Positions 38,501-53,520 of a stretch of DNA of 64,000 bases are shown here, in pieces. Within the stretch, counting starts at the first letter, position 1, and each line of letters starts with the position of its first letter. A model generated the notes under the pieces. It worked only from the letters and a program-made list of their open reading frames with translations, had not been told where the DNA came from and made no database searches. The stretch spans positions 35,278,001-35,342,000 of the forward strand of contig CM022665.1 of assembly GCA_012295275.1 (NCBI GenBank), written 5' to 3'. The stretch comes from Chrysomallon squamiferum. Lineage: Eukaryota; Animalia; Mollusca. The position numbers and the translations under genes were made by a program.

Positions 38501-41500
38501 TAAAATTTTGATTATTTTTTTACACAAAGAGGTGTAATGCTGATAATGTAATTAAATTAAATACTTTCCAGTTATTATGTCTTTTGTTATATCTGAAAAT
38601 TGCTTTGCCATTTCGATAAGGACTGGCAAATCGAATCAATTCAGTTTCATTTTTAAGAAAAACAAACAAAAAAAACCTTGAAAAAACATAATGACATCAT
38701 CTTACATCCTAATCATTCTCACTTTATCTGACATAGAATGATTATTTACAAAACAGCAAGTAAAAACAGTCTGATTTTCAGTTTTACAAAAATGAACATT
38801 CAGAAAATAAAAATGAAGCAGAATTAGAGTAAATGAATAAGAGATAGTAAATAAGTAATAAAATGTAATACGATATATAAAATTAAAATTATGATCAGTT
38901 AGTGTTTCTCTTATTGAAATGTAATTAATTACAGGACTACAGTGATGCAGCTACTCTGTTATCCCAAGGAAATGTCAATCACGAAGCATTGCTAGCATAT
39001 GCAAGAGAAGCTGCTGATTTTTCCACAAATCACAAACTTCCAGCTCTTGACTACGCTGTAAACCACTTTGGACAGGCTGATGTTGCTATGTTTGACTTCA
39101 CATCAATGTTTGCTGCAGAAAATGCCAGTCGCGTTATCAAGCGACATAACCACAAACTGCTGCTTGGCATTTGTGGAGATAGCTTGTTGGAGGTTAGTGA
39201 ATGAGTTGCTTAAAATGAACATCATCTTGATGCTTATATAATTATTAAAATATACTGCAGATTTAAGCATAAAGATGCTTTATAACTGAATTTTTTTTAT
39301 TGTTGTGAAACAGATAGTAATTAATAGCAGAATTCATTGATTGTCATTTGAGTTACGTGATAAGATTCTTTTATTATTTGATAATTAATATACTCCTAGA
39401 TTAGAACTAACTCTACTATGCTTACCAACAATTAATATCTCTATTAATGTTAATAAATAATTAAAGATTTGAAATTGTGTTTATTTTGGGAATAAGCTTT
39501 ATTATTATTTTAATATATGTGAATGTGTGTATATGTATGTGTGGACTACATTTAGAAAAGCAGCTACATAAAATTGTATATATTCATTTCTTAAACTTTC
39601 AGCCATTTTGGCCAACTGGTTCGGGATGTGCACGTGGATTTCTTGGTGTCTTTGATGCTGCCTGGATGATCAAACGTTGGGCTTCCAACACAACAACACC
39701 ATGGCACATAATAGCTGAAAGGGAGAGCATCCTGCAGTTACTTTCTCAGACAACTCCAGAAAATTTGCACAAAGATTATAACCAGTACAGTCTTGATCCA
39801 AACACTAGGTAAATTGGAATTCAGAAATAAAAACTAAAACTCTAAAGAAATTTAAGTTCACTGAGATGAAGGGATAGCACAGTAATGCATTTTTTAATTA
39901 ATAATAATGTTTTCTAACCTACTAAATATTAAATGAAACAAATAATGATGTTTCCAAAGTTTCTCTGGTGAACAGTTTATATTGATTTATTTTCTTCTTA
40001 TTATTATTTATTTTATTTATTTATTAGATATACATAGCTTCAAATCAATTTTGTAACCAAATTTTCTAGATATCCCAATCTTCATTTGAAGAGAGTGTTA
40101 AAACCAAGCCAGGTTCGACACTTGTATGATGGAGGAGATGAATCTGAACTTAAGGAATTGGCTGACATCCCAGCTAAAAGACCAAGAAACAATGAAAAAA
40201 TCCCACCTGCTATTCATGGTAAAATGTTTTGTTAGACATCACTGAAACATAATCCAGGATTTCATGAAGTTAAATAACTATCTCAGAAAACAATAAAATT
40301 TAAGATATTGATGAAAATATTCTAAATCCAGCTTTGTTTAAATCATTAACTTGATTATCAGGTATAAAATAATAATAATTTGAAAACTGTGATGACACAA
40401 ACTCAAGGATATGTTAATGTTAATGTATCTAAAGAATTTTCACAATATTATATTTCATAAAACCTGTTTAAAACCTGAAACTATTTACATGATTATTATG
40501 AGTAAGTTTCTCTGTTAAATTTAATTCACTGACTTTTTCAGATGGCTCTGGTAACATTGATAGTTACACATTGCTTAGATGGTGTCAAAAGGTGCTCAAC
40601 ACTGATCAATATCGAAATGTTCATGTAGTGGACTTTACCAGCTCATGGCGAAGTGGACTTGCATTCTGTGCCTTGATTCATGCTTTCAGACCTTCCTTGA
40701 TGTATGTAGTTTTCAAAATGCATAATTACAAACTTAATAAAAGCATGTATTCACCTTCTGTTTTAGAAGAATATTGTTTCAGATATTTGAAAATGTTATG
40801 ATATATCAATCTAAATACATTAATTCTAAATATTGAATAGTACTAGTCAGAGAATTTTCTCTAAGTAATGCGAGGCTTTGTGATAAAACCCTCACAGTGT
40901 TTTTATCCACTACTTATGTCAGTCATTTCTTTTATTGCCCATTTTGCAATTTTCACTTTACTTCTGTCTAATTTCAGAGATTTTAACCAGTTGATTGAGT
41001 CTGAAATAGCCAAAAACTGTCAGTTAGCCTTCAACACAGCTGAAAAGGAACTGGGTGTTTTGCCTGTGTTGGCAGGTGAAGACATGGCCTCTTCTGCCAT
41101 TCCTGACAAGCTGACCATTATAGCATATCTTTCCCGTCTTTTTGAAGTCTTTAAAAATGAACCACTACCCACAAGTAAGTTACTGATCTTCTGGTAAAAT
41201 GGTAAAATAGCATGTGTTACTGAAATTAATAAAGGAAATAATTAAGAACTTGAAATAAGATAGATTATGCTTTGAAAGGGAATATCAATCAGTATGCATC
41301 AGCTAATAGTGTTTTACACTAGTAAAACAATTCTCTGTATTTAAATGTTTAAAATTTGTGTATTACAGTGCGTATTCCAGTTCCTAAAAAAGTTGTGGCT
41401 GATGATGGAACACAGATTCTTCGCACCCCAACCAGAAAGATATCTTTTCTACATCGCCTTAGTTCACGTTTATCAAAATCCAAGAGGGTGTGTATTTGTT

Positions 41501-42063
41501 AATATTAACACCAGTCTTTTCTGAACTGTTATGTTAATGTTTTTAAACACATTAAGTGTTCTTTTTTGTTTTGTTTTATGTTTGTTATTATTTGGAAAAC
41601 AGTAATCTTGAAATTAAATTATCATGTTAATTTCTTTTTTTTTCTTTTTTTTGTTGCTTTTTTCTGTTAAAGAAAAAGGACAAAGAAGAAAATGAGCAAA
41701 ACCACCTTTTCATCAACAAAAGATTAAAAGAGGTATTTACTGTTAATATTATTAAATTTTAAAGAATAAAAAATTTGAGATTGGGTTTATAGCATTATCA
41801 TCTAATGATTAATGTTGAGTATAAAAAAGAAATAACAGTTATCAGTTGCACTCCCTTTAAACTAAAATAAGTTATTTATATAATATTATTATTAATATAA
41901 ATCACATTATTACAATAATATTATTAAAAAACTATTATTACAACAATATTAGCATTTACTTTAAACAAATTAATTAACTAATAGTTACTGAAAACGATCC
42001 ATGTACAAAACAAAACCAAAACACCTATATTAAAAGTTACTATTGTTACTATTATTATTATTG

Positions 42064-42107
<44 letters not shown>

Positions 42108-45100
42108 TTGTAACATCTATTCAGACTGATGTAGATCTGTGCAAATATAACAAATTACCAATGGAAGAGATTGCCAATAAATTGATGCTCGACAGAAAGC
42201 CAGTGGATATAGTTCCAAAGGAAAAGGAAGTAACAAGTGCTGTCAATGTTAGTGCTATGGCTGAGATCCTGGCTTCCAAGTTCCGAGGTGAAGACAAAGT
42301 TGCACCTGAACCCAAGGTGAGAATATTTGAAAATAAAAATAAAACCGTTGCATCAGTGCTTCATTATTGAGTAACTGAACAGTAATTTTGTAACTGTCCA
42401 CAAATATAGTTTTAAGTTTTAAGTAACTTCAAATTAACCCTGTAATAATTCAAATTTGGGTATATTGTTGTAACTCCATTTGTGAAAAATAAAGCTAAAT
42501 TACTCTGATATTCCATCATAACATAAAGCATTAATTCAGGCGGTTTTATATTCAAATATTTAATACACATTTCTCATTTTGTTGAAATATATTAGCCAGT
42601 GGGGTTTTTTGTTTTGTTGTTGTTGTTTTTCTTTTTTTCATTTCTTTTCTTCTTTTTTTTCGTATTTTTTAATGTTCATTTAGAAAAAAAGTTCTACTAT
42701 GGTGAAATGTAAGAATGAAAAGATAGACATTTCTTTTATTTTTTTTATTACATTATTTTTTACGTTTCATATGTTCAGCTGATATTTTCTTTATTTTTTA
42801 ATAAATAAATAATTTAACTTGTGTTAAGCAGTTTCTTTCACTTGATACACATATCTGTTTTATTCAGAAAGTTCCTGGTATCCTGCTAGCTGCTCAGCCA
42901 GCCAGTGAGTTTTGTGCCTTTTGTAAGAAGCGTGTTTATATAATGGAACGTATGAGTGCTGAGGGTTTGTTTTTCCATCGAGGCTGTTTGAAATGTGACT
43001 ACTGTGGAACCAGTCTTAGGCTGACATCTTATTCCTGTGACAGACAGCCAGAAGGAGGTGGAGGTAAGTTTTTTCATTTTATTTTTGATTTGTGATTAAA
43101 GAAAATATATTTAAAGTATTTAATGATTAAAGCAATCACAGAGTCATGTATAAACATGAAGTAACTCTCCTTTGATGGCAGTAAAATAATTGAAATGTGT
43201 AGTGTCTGATTTTTATTTGTTTAAATATGTAACAGAGAAATAGCACATACTAAAAACTAATGATCTCCTTGCAGTAAAATTTTACTGTTTCCGACACAAC
43301 ATTCCTGAACGCAGACTGGCAGTGAAACGTAAGAAAATTCTGTGGGATGAAGAAGGATCCAAAGTAATAAAAAATTGAAATTGTAATTTATATCACTGTG
43401 TTCTTTAATTCAGAAGTGTTGGAATGTTTTAATGTATTTTAGAGAAAGTTTTACTTATTAAGCTACATACTTTTAAAGTCTTTATTTAATACATTTGGCA
43501 TTGTATTAGTTTTTAGTCTTATTTTTATTTATTTATTATCAGTATTATTATTATTATTATTATTACATCAAGGTATGATGTAAGCAAACATGTAGACATC
43601 TGTGACTTTTTATCAGAAATGTCTTTTTAATGACATTATCGATACTCATGTTACTGTTTGATTTCATATATTTAGTTGTCATTTTCTAAGATAGTTTTAT
43701 TTATTAACAGGAGAATGTTCCAACTGTGGTTACTGTTGAGGCAGGCCCTGCTAGTCAGGAGGAGGTTATTTTGTCTCCTAAAGATAAACCAAGGATTTCT
43801 ATTTGTAAGTTTATTTGCATTTTGGAATTCATCTAAAATAAATTTTCAAAAGTAAAAAATAATTTGATTTTCTAAATTCTGATGAAAGTAAAAGTTTCAA
43901 AAATTAAATGAGCCTAAAAATATTTGTAACAAAGTGGTTTATAGGAACTTTTTTACATACCAAAAATGGTTAAAACTTATTAATAAGTACCACATTATTA
44001 ACAAAATATGCACCTATTTTAAATATTATTTAGCTCCTCCATCGAGTCCTCTTCAAGTTAGTGATGATGCTGCTGAGAAACCTACAAAAACACCGGAGCG
44101 TGTGGAATTTGAAAACACATTTGATGGATTAGAAGAGGAATCAGAAGAGGAACAGCTGGAGCACAATCTGCGTCTTTCTATGTCCATGTCATCTGATGCA
44201 CTTCTTCCCAATGAAAATGGTGTGGATGACAGTGATACAGATTCTGAGTAAGATTTTATATTTTTTTTAAATTTCTTTTATGCTTTACTGAGACAGAGGA
44301 AGTGGTTTGTCAGGATTTCCTGTATGTGTCAGTAACTTGTCAACCAAAAATAAAAATTAGTTAAATTTATATTGTTCGGTATATGTGGGTCTTATTATTA
44401 ACAATTTTGCCTGCCACAATGTTATCTCTGATGTGGTTATGGTAAGCTGACTGTTTATCTTTACAGTGGTAATTTTTATCATGGCATTATGGAGCTGAGA
44501 AAGGGTTCATATGTAAATAATCCTTATTTTTTTCAGTGATGACTATCTTGATGAAGAAGAGCTGTCTCACATTTTGAATCAGTGGTATGATGTAAATTGT
44601 GTTATGTCTGCTTTGTGAGACATGCTTGACAATGTGTGCTTTAGCTTTAGTGGCAAAATAACACTCTTCAGCAATTTAACAAATAGCAGATTTTTATTTC
44701 TTTATTTTACTGTAATGTTGAATATAAGAGTTTCTAATTCATTAAACTAACTGAAAAAAATAAAAAATAAATAATTAGAAGATAAATGTTTTTTTTTTCA
44801 TTTTTTTTCATAAATAAGCTAACATTATTGTTTTACTATTTACTGTTCTTATCTATATATTATTTCCACTTAATTGTTATCTATAGTGATACACAAAATT
44901 TCCTCACGTTTTTTAAAACTAATTTATATGCAATTTGCATTATTTAGTTTACTTTCAGAATTAATTCATTTTGATGACATAATAGTACTCTTAGAAGACT
45001 TCATGTTGTAAACCATATTCAAATATGAATTGACACAAATAAACATTGATATTTAGCAATAACTTTTGAATTATTCATACTAATTCTCTAAAATTGGAAC

Positions 45101-45126
45101 TAACAAAATTTACTAATATTTAAAAA

Positions 45127-45160
<34 letters not shown>

Positions 45161-48100
45161 GTGTGTGTGTGTATAATTATATATATATTGTAATTAATGC
45201 ATAATGCTATAAGTTTTGTGTAAAAATAATAATAATGCATTTTACAGATAGTATTTTATATGAATCTCAGACTTCTGCTATGCATTTTGTAGCTGTACCA
45301 GAAATATCAGAAGAGATCATTTATATATATATATCTCTTTTGGACATTGTCACAGTAAACATTTTTGGCAGAAAAATATAATTACGCATCAAAATGTATA
45401 TTTAACATCCATACTTACTCTTTTTGTTTTTAATTTGCTTTTTCTTGTTTTTGGGTGTATTATCTTCAGGACAGTTTCTTTTTCATTATTTACTATCCAA
45501 AAAGATATATTTTGTGTTTTGCTTTCATTTTTGTTGTCAACATAGATTGTTTCAGTATATTTATACATGCATATATGAAACTTTACTGGAAACAAGTAAA
45601 GATTTAGAAATGAAGATGGATTGACTGATTATAACCAGAATTCTTTCTTTAGATTTCAAAATCATTTAAAACATGATTTTGATTATTTTGTATCTGTTGT
45701 TTGCTTGTTTGTTTATTTTTTTTATTTTTTTTTTTATCATTAATATGAGGCTGTAATTATCATTTATTTATTTATTTATTATTATTATTATTATGATTAT
45801 TATTATATTTTTTTTTTTTTACATATTGTGTAATTATGTTTCAAACTGTAATATTTTGCAGCATGCCAAAATTGGAACTGCAGTGAGTGTGTTCACTTGG
45901 TCACCATTTTTTAAGTTAACATTGATTTGAATTAGTTAATACAGAATACTTTCATTCATTTAGGAATTGATTGATTAATGGGGTTTTTAAATTAAGAATA
46001 TTTTTTTTTTTTTCTTTTTTTTGTATTATTATTACTGGTTTGTTTTTATTTTATTTTGAGTGCTTTCATTATTGAACCATTATGTTGCTATTCGTTTATG
46101 AATTTTAAAGTTGTTTTTAACTCATTTCATAAATGTTAGTTCTCACTTTTAACTACACATTTATCTTTTTCTTTAATGTTTTAATTTAAACAGATTTTCA
46201 GAAAATTACTAATGTTAAATTGATTACTCAGTATGTCTTATTTTAAATTTTACTGCATTATTTTAAAGAAATTATCTATTTTTGTTTTATTTTTAGTTAT
46301 TAATTTGTGCTTTATGGTATTTTTACATCTGAATTTTAGTTTAAATGATTTGTGGGATTATTTTGGATAAAATATATTTATGATTTTAATTTAATTTCCT
46401 AATATCAACAAACAAAGCTGTTCAGTCGTATTCAGATGTAATTTATGTTTATTGATAATAAATTGTTTTCTGGTCATTTTAAGGAATTTTTATAATAAAT
46501 GTTACATGATAATAATCTTAGTTTTCTTCATACAAATTTCATATTTATTTATATCAGTTAACTAAAATAAAATGTTAGTTTTAAAAGAATTCTGACTTAG
46601 TCTTCTAGGTTTTAATGTTAAAGTTTAAACAGTATACCTTTCATTTTAAATTTTCAGAATTGAGTAATTACAGTGTTTTAAGTTCATAATTAACTGCAGT
46701 AATTATATTATTCAAAATACAAGGACAAATGCAGTGATGGAATAATTTCCTTATGTTGTGCATGCAGAGACTGCATAGCATACACTGTGAAAATGATTTA
46801 ATTGTAATTGGAAAATATGGAGTGGTTTTATTTTTCAGGTCTGGAGGTGAAGATGATGGTTTGTTTGATTCTCTGGAACCTGATCTTAACACATCCATGA
46901 CATGGCAAGAGGCCTACCAGTTGGCATCATCCTGGAAACATCGACACTCACAAGAAAATCTTGTGGATGCTGTTGAGAAGTCAGATCCATCATCATCATC
47001 ATATACACGATTGAAAGAAGAAGGTGTTGATAATGAAGATGATGATGATGATACAACTGAAGTTGAAGGTAACCTTTTATCTCTTGCTGAAGTACATGCT
47101 ACACTTTATATTGCATCATGTGATTCATTATGTATACAATGCTTTCTTGGCTATGGAAAATATCCCAAATTCATTTCTGTCTTTAATTTTGTAGCTTAAA
47201 AAGTAGATAACATTGAGATTATAAAGTATTTAAATTATTACTGCATTTTTTTATTATATTTTTTATTTTTTATTTTTTTTTTATTAACTGGTTATTAAAA
47301 ACATACTGTTTTATTTTGCTAGATTCTGAATATGAAATTGATGAAGAATCAACAGAAGAAGGTGAATCTGAAGAAGAAGAAGAGGAATGTGAAAAAGGAG
47401 AAAAAGAAGCAGAGGTGGAAGAAATCAAAACAGATATGGATGTGAACAAGGGAGAAAAGACTAAAGATGAACTAAAAGACAAAGGTGAAGTGCCATCACC
47501 CTTGAAATCACCATCAGTGTCAGCCATGTTTGCAGCTCGTGCCAACTTTTTTGCATCACCACCAGAACCAGTTCGGATTGATGCTAAACAGATCTTTGAT
47601 TTGAAAAAGAAAGACGAAGAAGAAAATAAACCAGAAAGCTCCAAGACAGTTGTAGAGCAAATTGATGAAAAAGAGAATAAAGATAAGGAAAAACTATTGA
47701 TTGATGAGGGTGAAACATCAGAAGGTAAGAGTGAATATTACATTTTCTAGCTATGTTTACACTGTCTATTCTTCAATTAATTTTTTTTTAAATCCATTTG
47801 TCAAGTATTAGTCATCACATTTGTAGGTGTAGGTGTTTTTATAAAGAAATGTCTATGTGGAAAAGGTGCTTGTCTAAAAATAAAAAAGACATATTATAAA
47901 AAACTTGGAAAGTAATTATTTTTTAATAATCTTGTAAATATTTTGTAGTTGATGAGGTTGAAAATGATACCGAGTTAACAACTGATGCTGACAATGAAGA
48001 TAACTTGCAGTCAGAAGAGGAATCAGACCTCGACAAGACTGCAGTAAGTGAGGCTATGCAGAAGCTTTTAGTTGCTATGGAAACTAAACCTTCTGTAACA

Positions 48101-51100
48101 GACTCTGAAGAGGAAATTCGAGATGTTGTGTCTGATGTTGAAAATGAAGTTTTCAGTAGACGTTTGGATGATACAGAGAAGGAAGTTCTTAGGAGTATTG
48201 AGAACATGAAAGACAGTGAAAAGAAGTCAGAGGATGGCAAGCTGCAATTGGTTCTACAGAGTGTAAAGCCAGTGAAGGGAGATGACCACAGTACAAACAT
48301 TATTGACTTTGAATCCATTGATGAAACATTTGTGACTGACAGAAGACGACGACGAAAGAATTTAAGATCAAAACAAAATCACAGGACTGATTCAGATTCG
48401 AGTTTCACAATCTCAACTCCCTCTGGATCTCTGCACTCATCTCAGAGTTCACTGAGAGAAGATGTTGCCTACAACCAGCATTTCCTTGACAGTGCTGATG
48501 ATGATGTGAGACCTGATGATGACATGTTGAATGATTACACAACAACAATGAGCATGGTGCTTGATGAGGATCAGGTGGAGAATGAGAAAAGTGATGATAT
48601 AGTCATGGAAGTTGGTGAGGATATAAATGAAAATACTGTTTGTGAAGAAATGTCTGATAAAGATGATTATAAAACACCTGAAGTGAGATTAATGAAAGAG
48701 AAAAGAAAAAACTCCAAGTCTGATCAAGGAACAGGTGATGTTTTTTTGTCTCAAGAAGTGATGGAGGAACACACAATAAATGTGTTAAAAAATAAACCTG
48801 TACCACTGTCTGCTAAAAGGTCTGAATCTCCACAGTTTTCTAAGAAATTTGAACCAAAAACCAGAGTCTCAGAAAATCATAACCAAGCAAATCTTGTTAA
48901 AAAATTACCACTGATACCTTGTGCTTCACAAAATCAGTTGCAAAAGAACATTGGAAGGTCAGAAAGTTCAACAGCATCAGAATCGTCCTCATCACCAACA
49001 TTCAAACAAAAGTCTGTAGTGAGTAACCCTTCATGTGAATCTTCCTCTTCTGTCCTCAAGGACAGTGACAATGTTGATTATAAATCTAGTGGATCAGACA
49101 GCAGAGAAACTAGTACATCACCCATTCCCTTGTCTAGAACACCCAAACCTGCAGTCAAGACACCAAAACAAAACAAAACAAAAATATCTGTAGACCGAAA
49201 CAGGATTTGTTCTGATTCATCTTCAGAACAGCAAGGATCAGATGGGTTGGAAGTTGTTCGCAAGAAAATTCCTCTAGACAAGAGTCTCTTGGAAAAAGGA
49301 CCAGTAGCAGTAAACAGTCCCACGAAAAAGAACATGGAGGATGACATGGACATTCCATTTGCAGATGAAAGTGAAGTTGATGAGAAATTTTATACTCCGG
49401 CTACATCCATTAAAACAAAACCTCATCAGATTGATAAGGAACCTGTGAATAAAAATGTGAGAAAAAGACTGTTGCCCACTCCACCTAAAGAAACTCCAGC
49501 TGTGCTGTCTGCAGATCAGATCAGAGAAATTCGAAAGTCAGAACTGGAAAAAGCCAAACAAAAGGCTCGTGAAAAAGCCCGCTTGAAGAGTGATGAGGAG
49601 TTAGGCTTGCAGTGTATCAATAGAGCATATAACATGCCAGCAAGCCGTGTGGCAAAGAAAGTTAAGACTGATAACCATGATCGAAGAAGTACCTCATACT
49701 CGTCAGCTGAACCACAGTCTAGTGATACTCTGGCTGACAGTGATGACAGAGGTACAGAAACAACTGTGTCCAGTACTGCTGAAATTGGCCAGACATCTCT
49801 GTGCAGCAAAAGCAAGAAGAAAAGACAGAAAGCCACCACAAAATCTCCCAAAAGCAAGATGAAAAAATCTGAAAGCAAAGATGACAATTCTGAAAAAAAT
49901 GAAACTGATCATCAGAAAAAAGAAAAGAGGAAATCACTTCTGTCAAAGTTGTTAAACAAATCACCAGAGAAAACAGTCAGAGAGAAAAGTGTTTCAGAAA
50001 GTAAGTTGGATTCCAGTACCCAGCACAATTCAGACAGGAACAAAAAAATGTCAGAATCAAAATCTGACAGAAAGAAGAAAAGAAAATCTCGTTCAAAGGA
50101 TTCACTGGATTCTGGTTTAAGTGAGAATATTAAAGGACTTCAGATTGGTTCTGTGTTTTATACAGAGACTGAAGTATCAAAGACAGCCAAGAAACCTGTT
50201 TTTCGTATTCCTGTTGCCCCAAAAGCAGAAGGTAGTTTATTTCATTTTGTATTTTGTAGAAATTTAATTATTTTTTCCTAAGGATTAAACTATTATTTTT
50301 GTCTTACTGAATTTAAAATGAATGCCATTTCAGAATAATAAATAAATAAATAGAAAAGTATGTTGTATTTTAATTTTTATATATTCTGTTTGTAGTTTGT
50401 TGGTTTTTTCATGTTTGTTATTTTTGTTTTGGTTTTTTTGTGTTCTTATTGGGCATTGTTTTTTGTCTTTGCTGATTCCATAATAGTGTACTTATAGTTG
50501 TAATAATTATTAGAGTAACAGTGCTTGTTAAATCTAATTTTCAGTTGATGAATTTTCTGATTCTGCAGAAAGTATGATGTCAACCAGTACCCTGCAGATG
50601 AAAAGATATGTGAGTATTTAACATAAAGTGTATCAAATACAGTGATTTAATATAATCACATATCTTTGCTAATACTAATTTTAATTGCATCACTTCATAA
50701 ACTGAAATCCTGCTTATCCCATTCTAGTAAATGTCTGCCATTTACATAGTTTTGTTGTTCCTTAGCAAGACCATATGTTGAACCGAAATTTCCAGGAGGG
50801 AAAAAGAATTTTTGTTTTAAAATATTTTCCATTAATTTTACCATTAACATATTTCCAACGGTCTGTTGGCATTGGACCAGAAGTTGTGAATGGTAACAAT
50901 TCATATTTCAGGATGAGACAGATGAACGATTTGCTAAACGTCTCCAGCGTGCAGCACAGAAACAGCAGAAGTTGGCAGAACAGAAACGTCTTCGATCAGC
51001 ACAGGAAATACAGAGACAGCTAGAAGAAGTGGATGAGAAACAGAGAGAACTGGAAAACCGTGGAATTGTTGTGGAAAAGGCTTTGAGAGGAGAGGGGCCA

Positions 51101-53520
51101 GGTGTGTTTGTTTTTTGATAAATGTTATCATTTGAATGTTGGATTGTGTTAACCTGTGTTTTGTTATCATGTGAGAATTCATTTATTTCCAGCCTTTAGC
51201 AAAGTGCTTTTTTAAAAGACACTTACCAGCTGGTATTATCTTCATTGTTTTCACCATCTGAATCTTTAGAGTGTAACAAATGCTGTAAAATTCCTTTTGT
51301 AATAAATAAATTGTGTTTACCTAATATTCAAAACTAATTTTTAAAATGTTTTTATACTGCAGATGCAAATAAAGAGGAGACCCAGCTGATGCAAGAATGG
51401 TTTAATTTAGTTCATGAGAAAAATGCATTGGTGAGATACGAGTCAGAGCTCATGGTGCGGTAAGTCGTCATCGATATTTTTTTTAACTTCTTTTTTTTAC
51501 TGAGATGGGCATATCCATCTAAGTTCTAAGAATATGAGCTGTGATACAAGTAAACAATATCCTGGCATTGTACTGAAATGATGAAACTGGAGACTCTTTT
51601 GTAAATAGGCATACTGTGATCACTAAAATAGGTACAGGGAAGGCAAAATCATAACTGTTATTCTCATCATTAAAGGTACTTGAAATTAATAACCTGCATA
51701 TTTGATTTTTCCTCTATTACTTTATAAATATTAAAATGTTTAGCACTGAAAACAAGCTTGCACATATCATTTGTTAATAATGAATTGTGTAGAATTATTT
51801 ACAACTTGAATTGTAACAAATTTTCAAATGAAAATAAAATCAGTAAATTTTTAATAAACAGACTGTTGTTTTCCAGTGCTCGGGAGCTTGAATTAGAAGA
51901 TAGGCAGGCAAGATTGCAGATGGAATTACGAGAGTGTATGCATAATGGAGGTTTGTGTTTTTAAATGTTTTTACATAATCTACAAGCTTAATTAGTAATA
52001 CAATCACAACCCGACATTAAATAATTTGTAGTGACATCTTTTCATATGCATATATTGCAGTTGTATTTTTTTTTTTTTTTTTTTTTTTTTGTATTTCTAC
52101 AATTAATCAGGGTACACTTTGAAATCACTGAATTGCTGCATTGTTTGGTGTCACAGTGACTAGTCTGAATGGTATTACTACCTGTCTAAAGGGTAGCAGA
52201 CTATAATAGCTTCACGTAACAAGGTGTTAATTATCCGAGACAGCTTAAACTACTAAATGACTATTCTGTATCCCAGTAGAGAACAATAACACAGACACGA
52301 ATTCAGTATCGATAATTGTTTTATATATACATATGTAGTTTACACAAATTAATCCCAAATGGTAATATATAGTTACATAGTTAAATCGTACGCGTTTTCA
52401 AATAATACAAAACTAATTCAGAACAGTTGGTTACTTGATTTTTCTAAATATTATTTTTTATTATTAAAATATGTTAACCTTTTATTATAAATGTAAGTAC
52501 ATACCACTGAATAACACTATAAAAATTCAACAGTAATAGATTTAGCTATCTTAACACATTCAATATGTATGTTACATATACAAAACATTTAAACATATTT
52601 ACCATTGTCTGTGTTTTCCTTTGTCTTGTGCAGACAGCCCACAGACAAAGAATCTCAAGAAGGGCACTGATCAAAGAGATCTCATTCAAAATTTATATAC
52701 CCGTCACTTGGGTGTTCAATCTACACCTCTGCAGATAGCCTTTCTGAATTTACTTTGCAGCTTTTAATGCCAATTTTGAATATTCTATAATTTACTATAA
52801 AGAAAACCAAATTACAATTAAAAACAAATCTGGCAAAGAGGCACTAACAAGGTTCCGTCACTCTTGGAACACAGTAATCACCTGCTGGAAATATGTTTTT
52901 TAGATGGTGATAAGACTGAAGACCAGGCAGGAAAGGAAAAAAGAATTCTTGATGAGCTGTTGGAGGTAGTGGAGCAGCGCGACAACTTGGTGGCCATGTT
53001 GGAGGAAGATCGATTGAGGTCTGTACCAGTCTGCTTTTTATTTTTTAATCTTCATGAAATAGTGATGTTCAAATATTACTTATTTTATTGCCATTTTGTA
53101 CAAACAACTGTTGATTTGTTTGTAATATTAAGAGCATTTATTTGGACAATTAAAAGTTTTATAGTTTGAAAGTTTGGTAAACTGGTAAATAGTTTCTTTA
53201 TTTACATATCTATATCTATATATATTTGTTTGTTTGTGCTGAGATGTGTTAAAACATCATTTGTTCATTCATTCATTTATTCATTCATATCTTTATATAT
53301 GTACATCATATATAGTATGGTTAGTTAATTAGTTTGTACAAAAAACAGTAATTGAGATTTTAAATAAACTGTATTTTACAGAGAACAGGAAGAAGACCGT
53401 GATCTACAAGATATGATGTTACAAAAAGGTTTTGCACTATCACCAATGAGTTACACTAAAGGGCTTGGAAAGTATGACAGTTTGTCGGCACTAGATGAAA
53501 CTGGAGATAAAAAGACATGA
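34046..53520 (+). CDS. MICAL: MICAL F-actin methionine monooxygenase (MICAL2/3-like, ~2173 aa): FAD monooxygenase, CH, LIM, long acidic/disordered region, C-terminal bMERB
   Basis: 27 GT-AG exons with consistent phase: 34046-34309, 36496-36703, 37085-37198, 37715-37816, 38179-38435, 38935-39192, 39603-39808, 40070-40218, 40542-40701, 40978-41174, 41369-41487, 41673-41732, 42125-42316, 42868-43063, 43275-43363, 43711-43804, 44034-44247, 44537-44584, 46839-47068, 47323-47724, 47949-50231, 50545-50609, 50912-51101, 51363-51459, 51877-51950, 52904-53018, 53382-53520 (6522 nt). Motifs: [57 protein letters not shown]...[10 protein letters not shown]...CFRH, b[26 protein letters not shown]. Confidence 0.96.
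34512..34576 (+). repeat. intronic copy of part of MICAL coding exon 1
   Basis: Matches 34122-34188 (aaactatccttaactcctttcaagaactg...cactgaccacaccaa) with a 2-nt deletion and one substitution. Confidence 0.9.
35460..35535. repeat. (GT)n(GA)n compound microsatellite
   Basis: Directly visible. Confidence 0.9.
42050..42106. repeat. (ATT)n microsatellite
   Basis: Directly visible, just upstream of the acceptor at 42124. Confidence 0.85.
52149..52862. mobile_element. possible solo LTR in a MICAL intron
   Basis: Begins TGTCAC and ends CCGTCACT, flanked by TTTGG/CTTGG (4/5). It has a TATATAAA box on the minus strand (~52692-52699) and more CpG than the surrounding intron. Confidence 0.35.

Noticed and set aside
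47270-49964. Multiple antisense ORFs over the large MICAL exons
   Set aside because: Shadow ORFs of the sense coding sequence.
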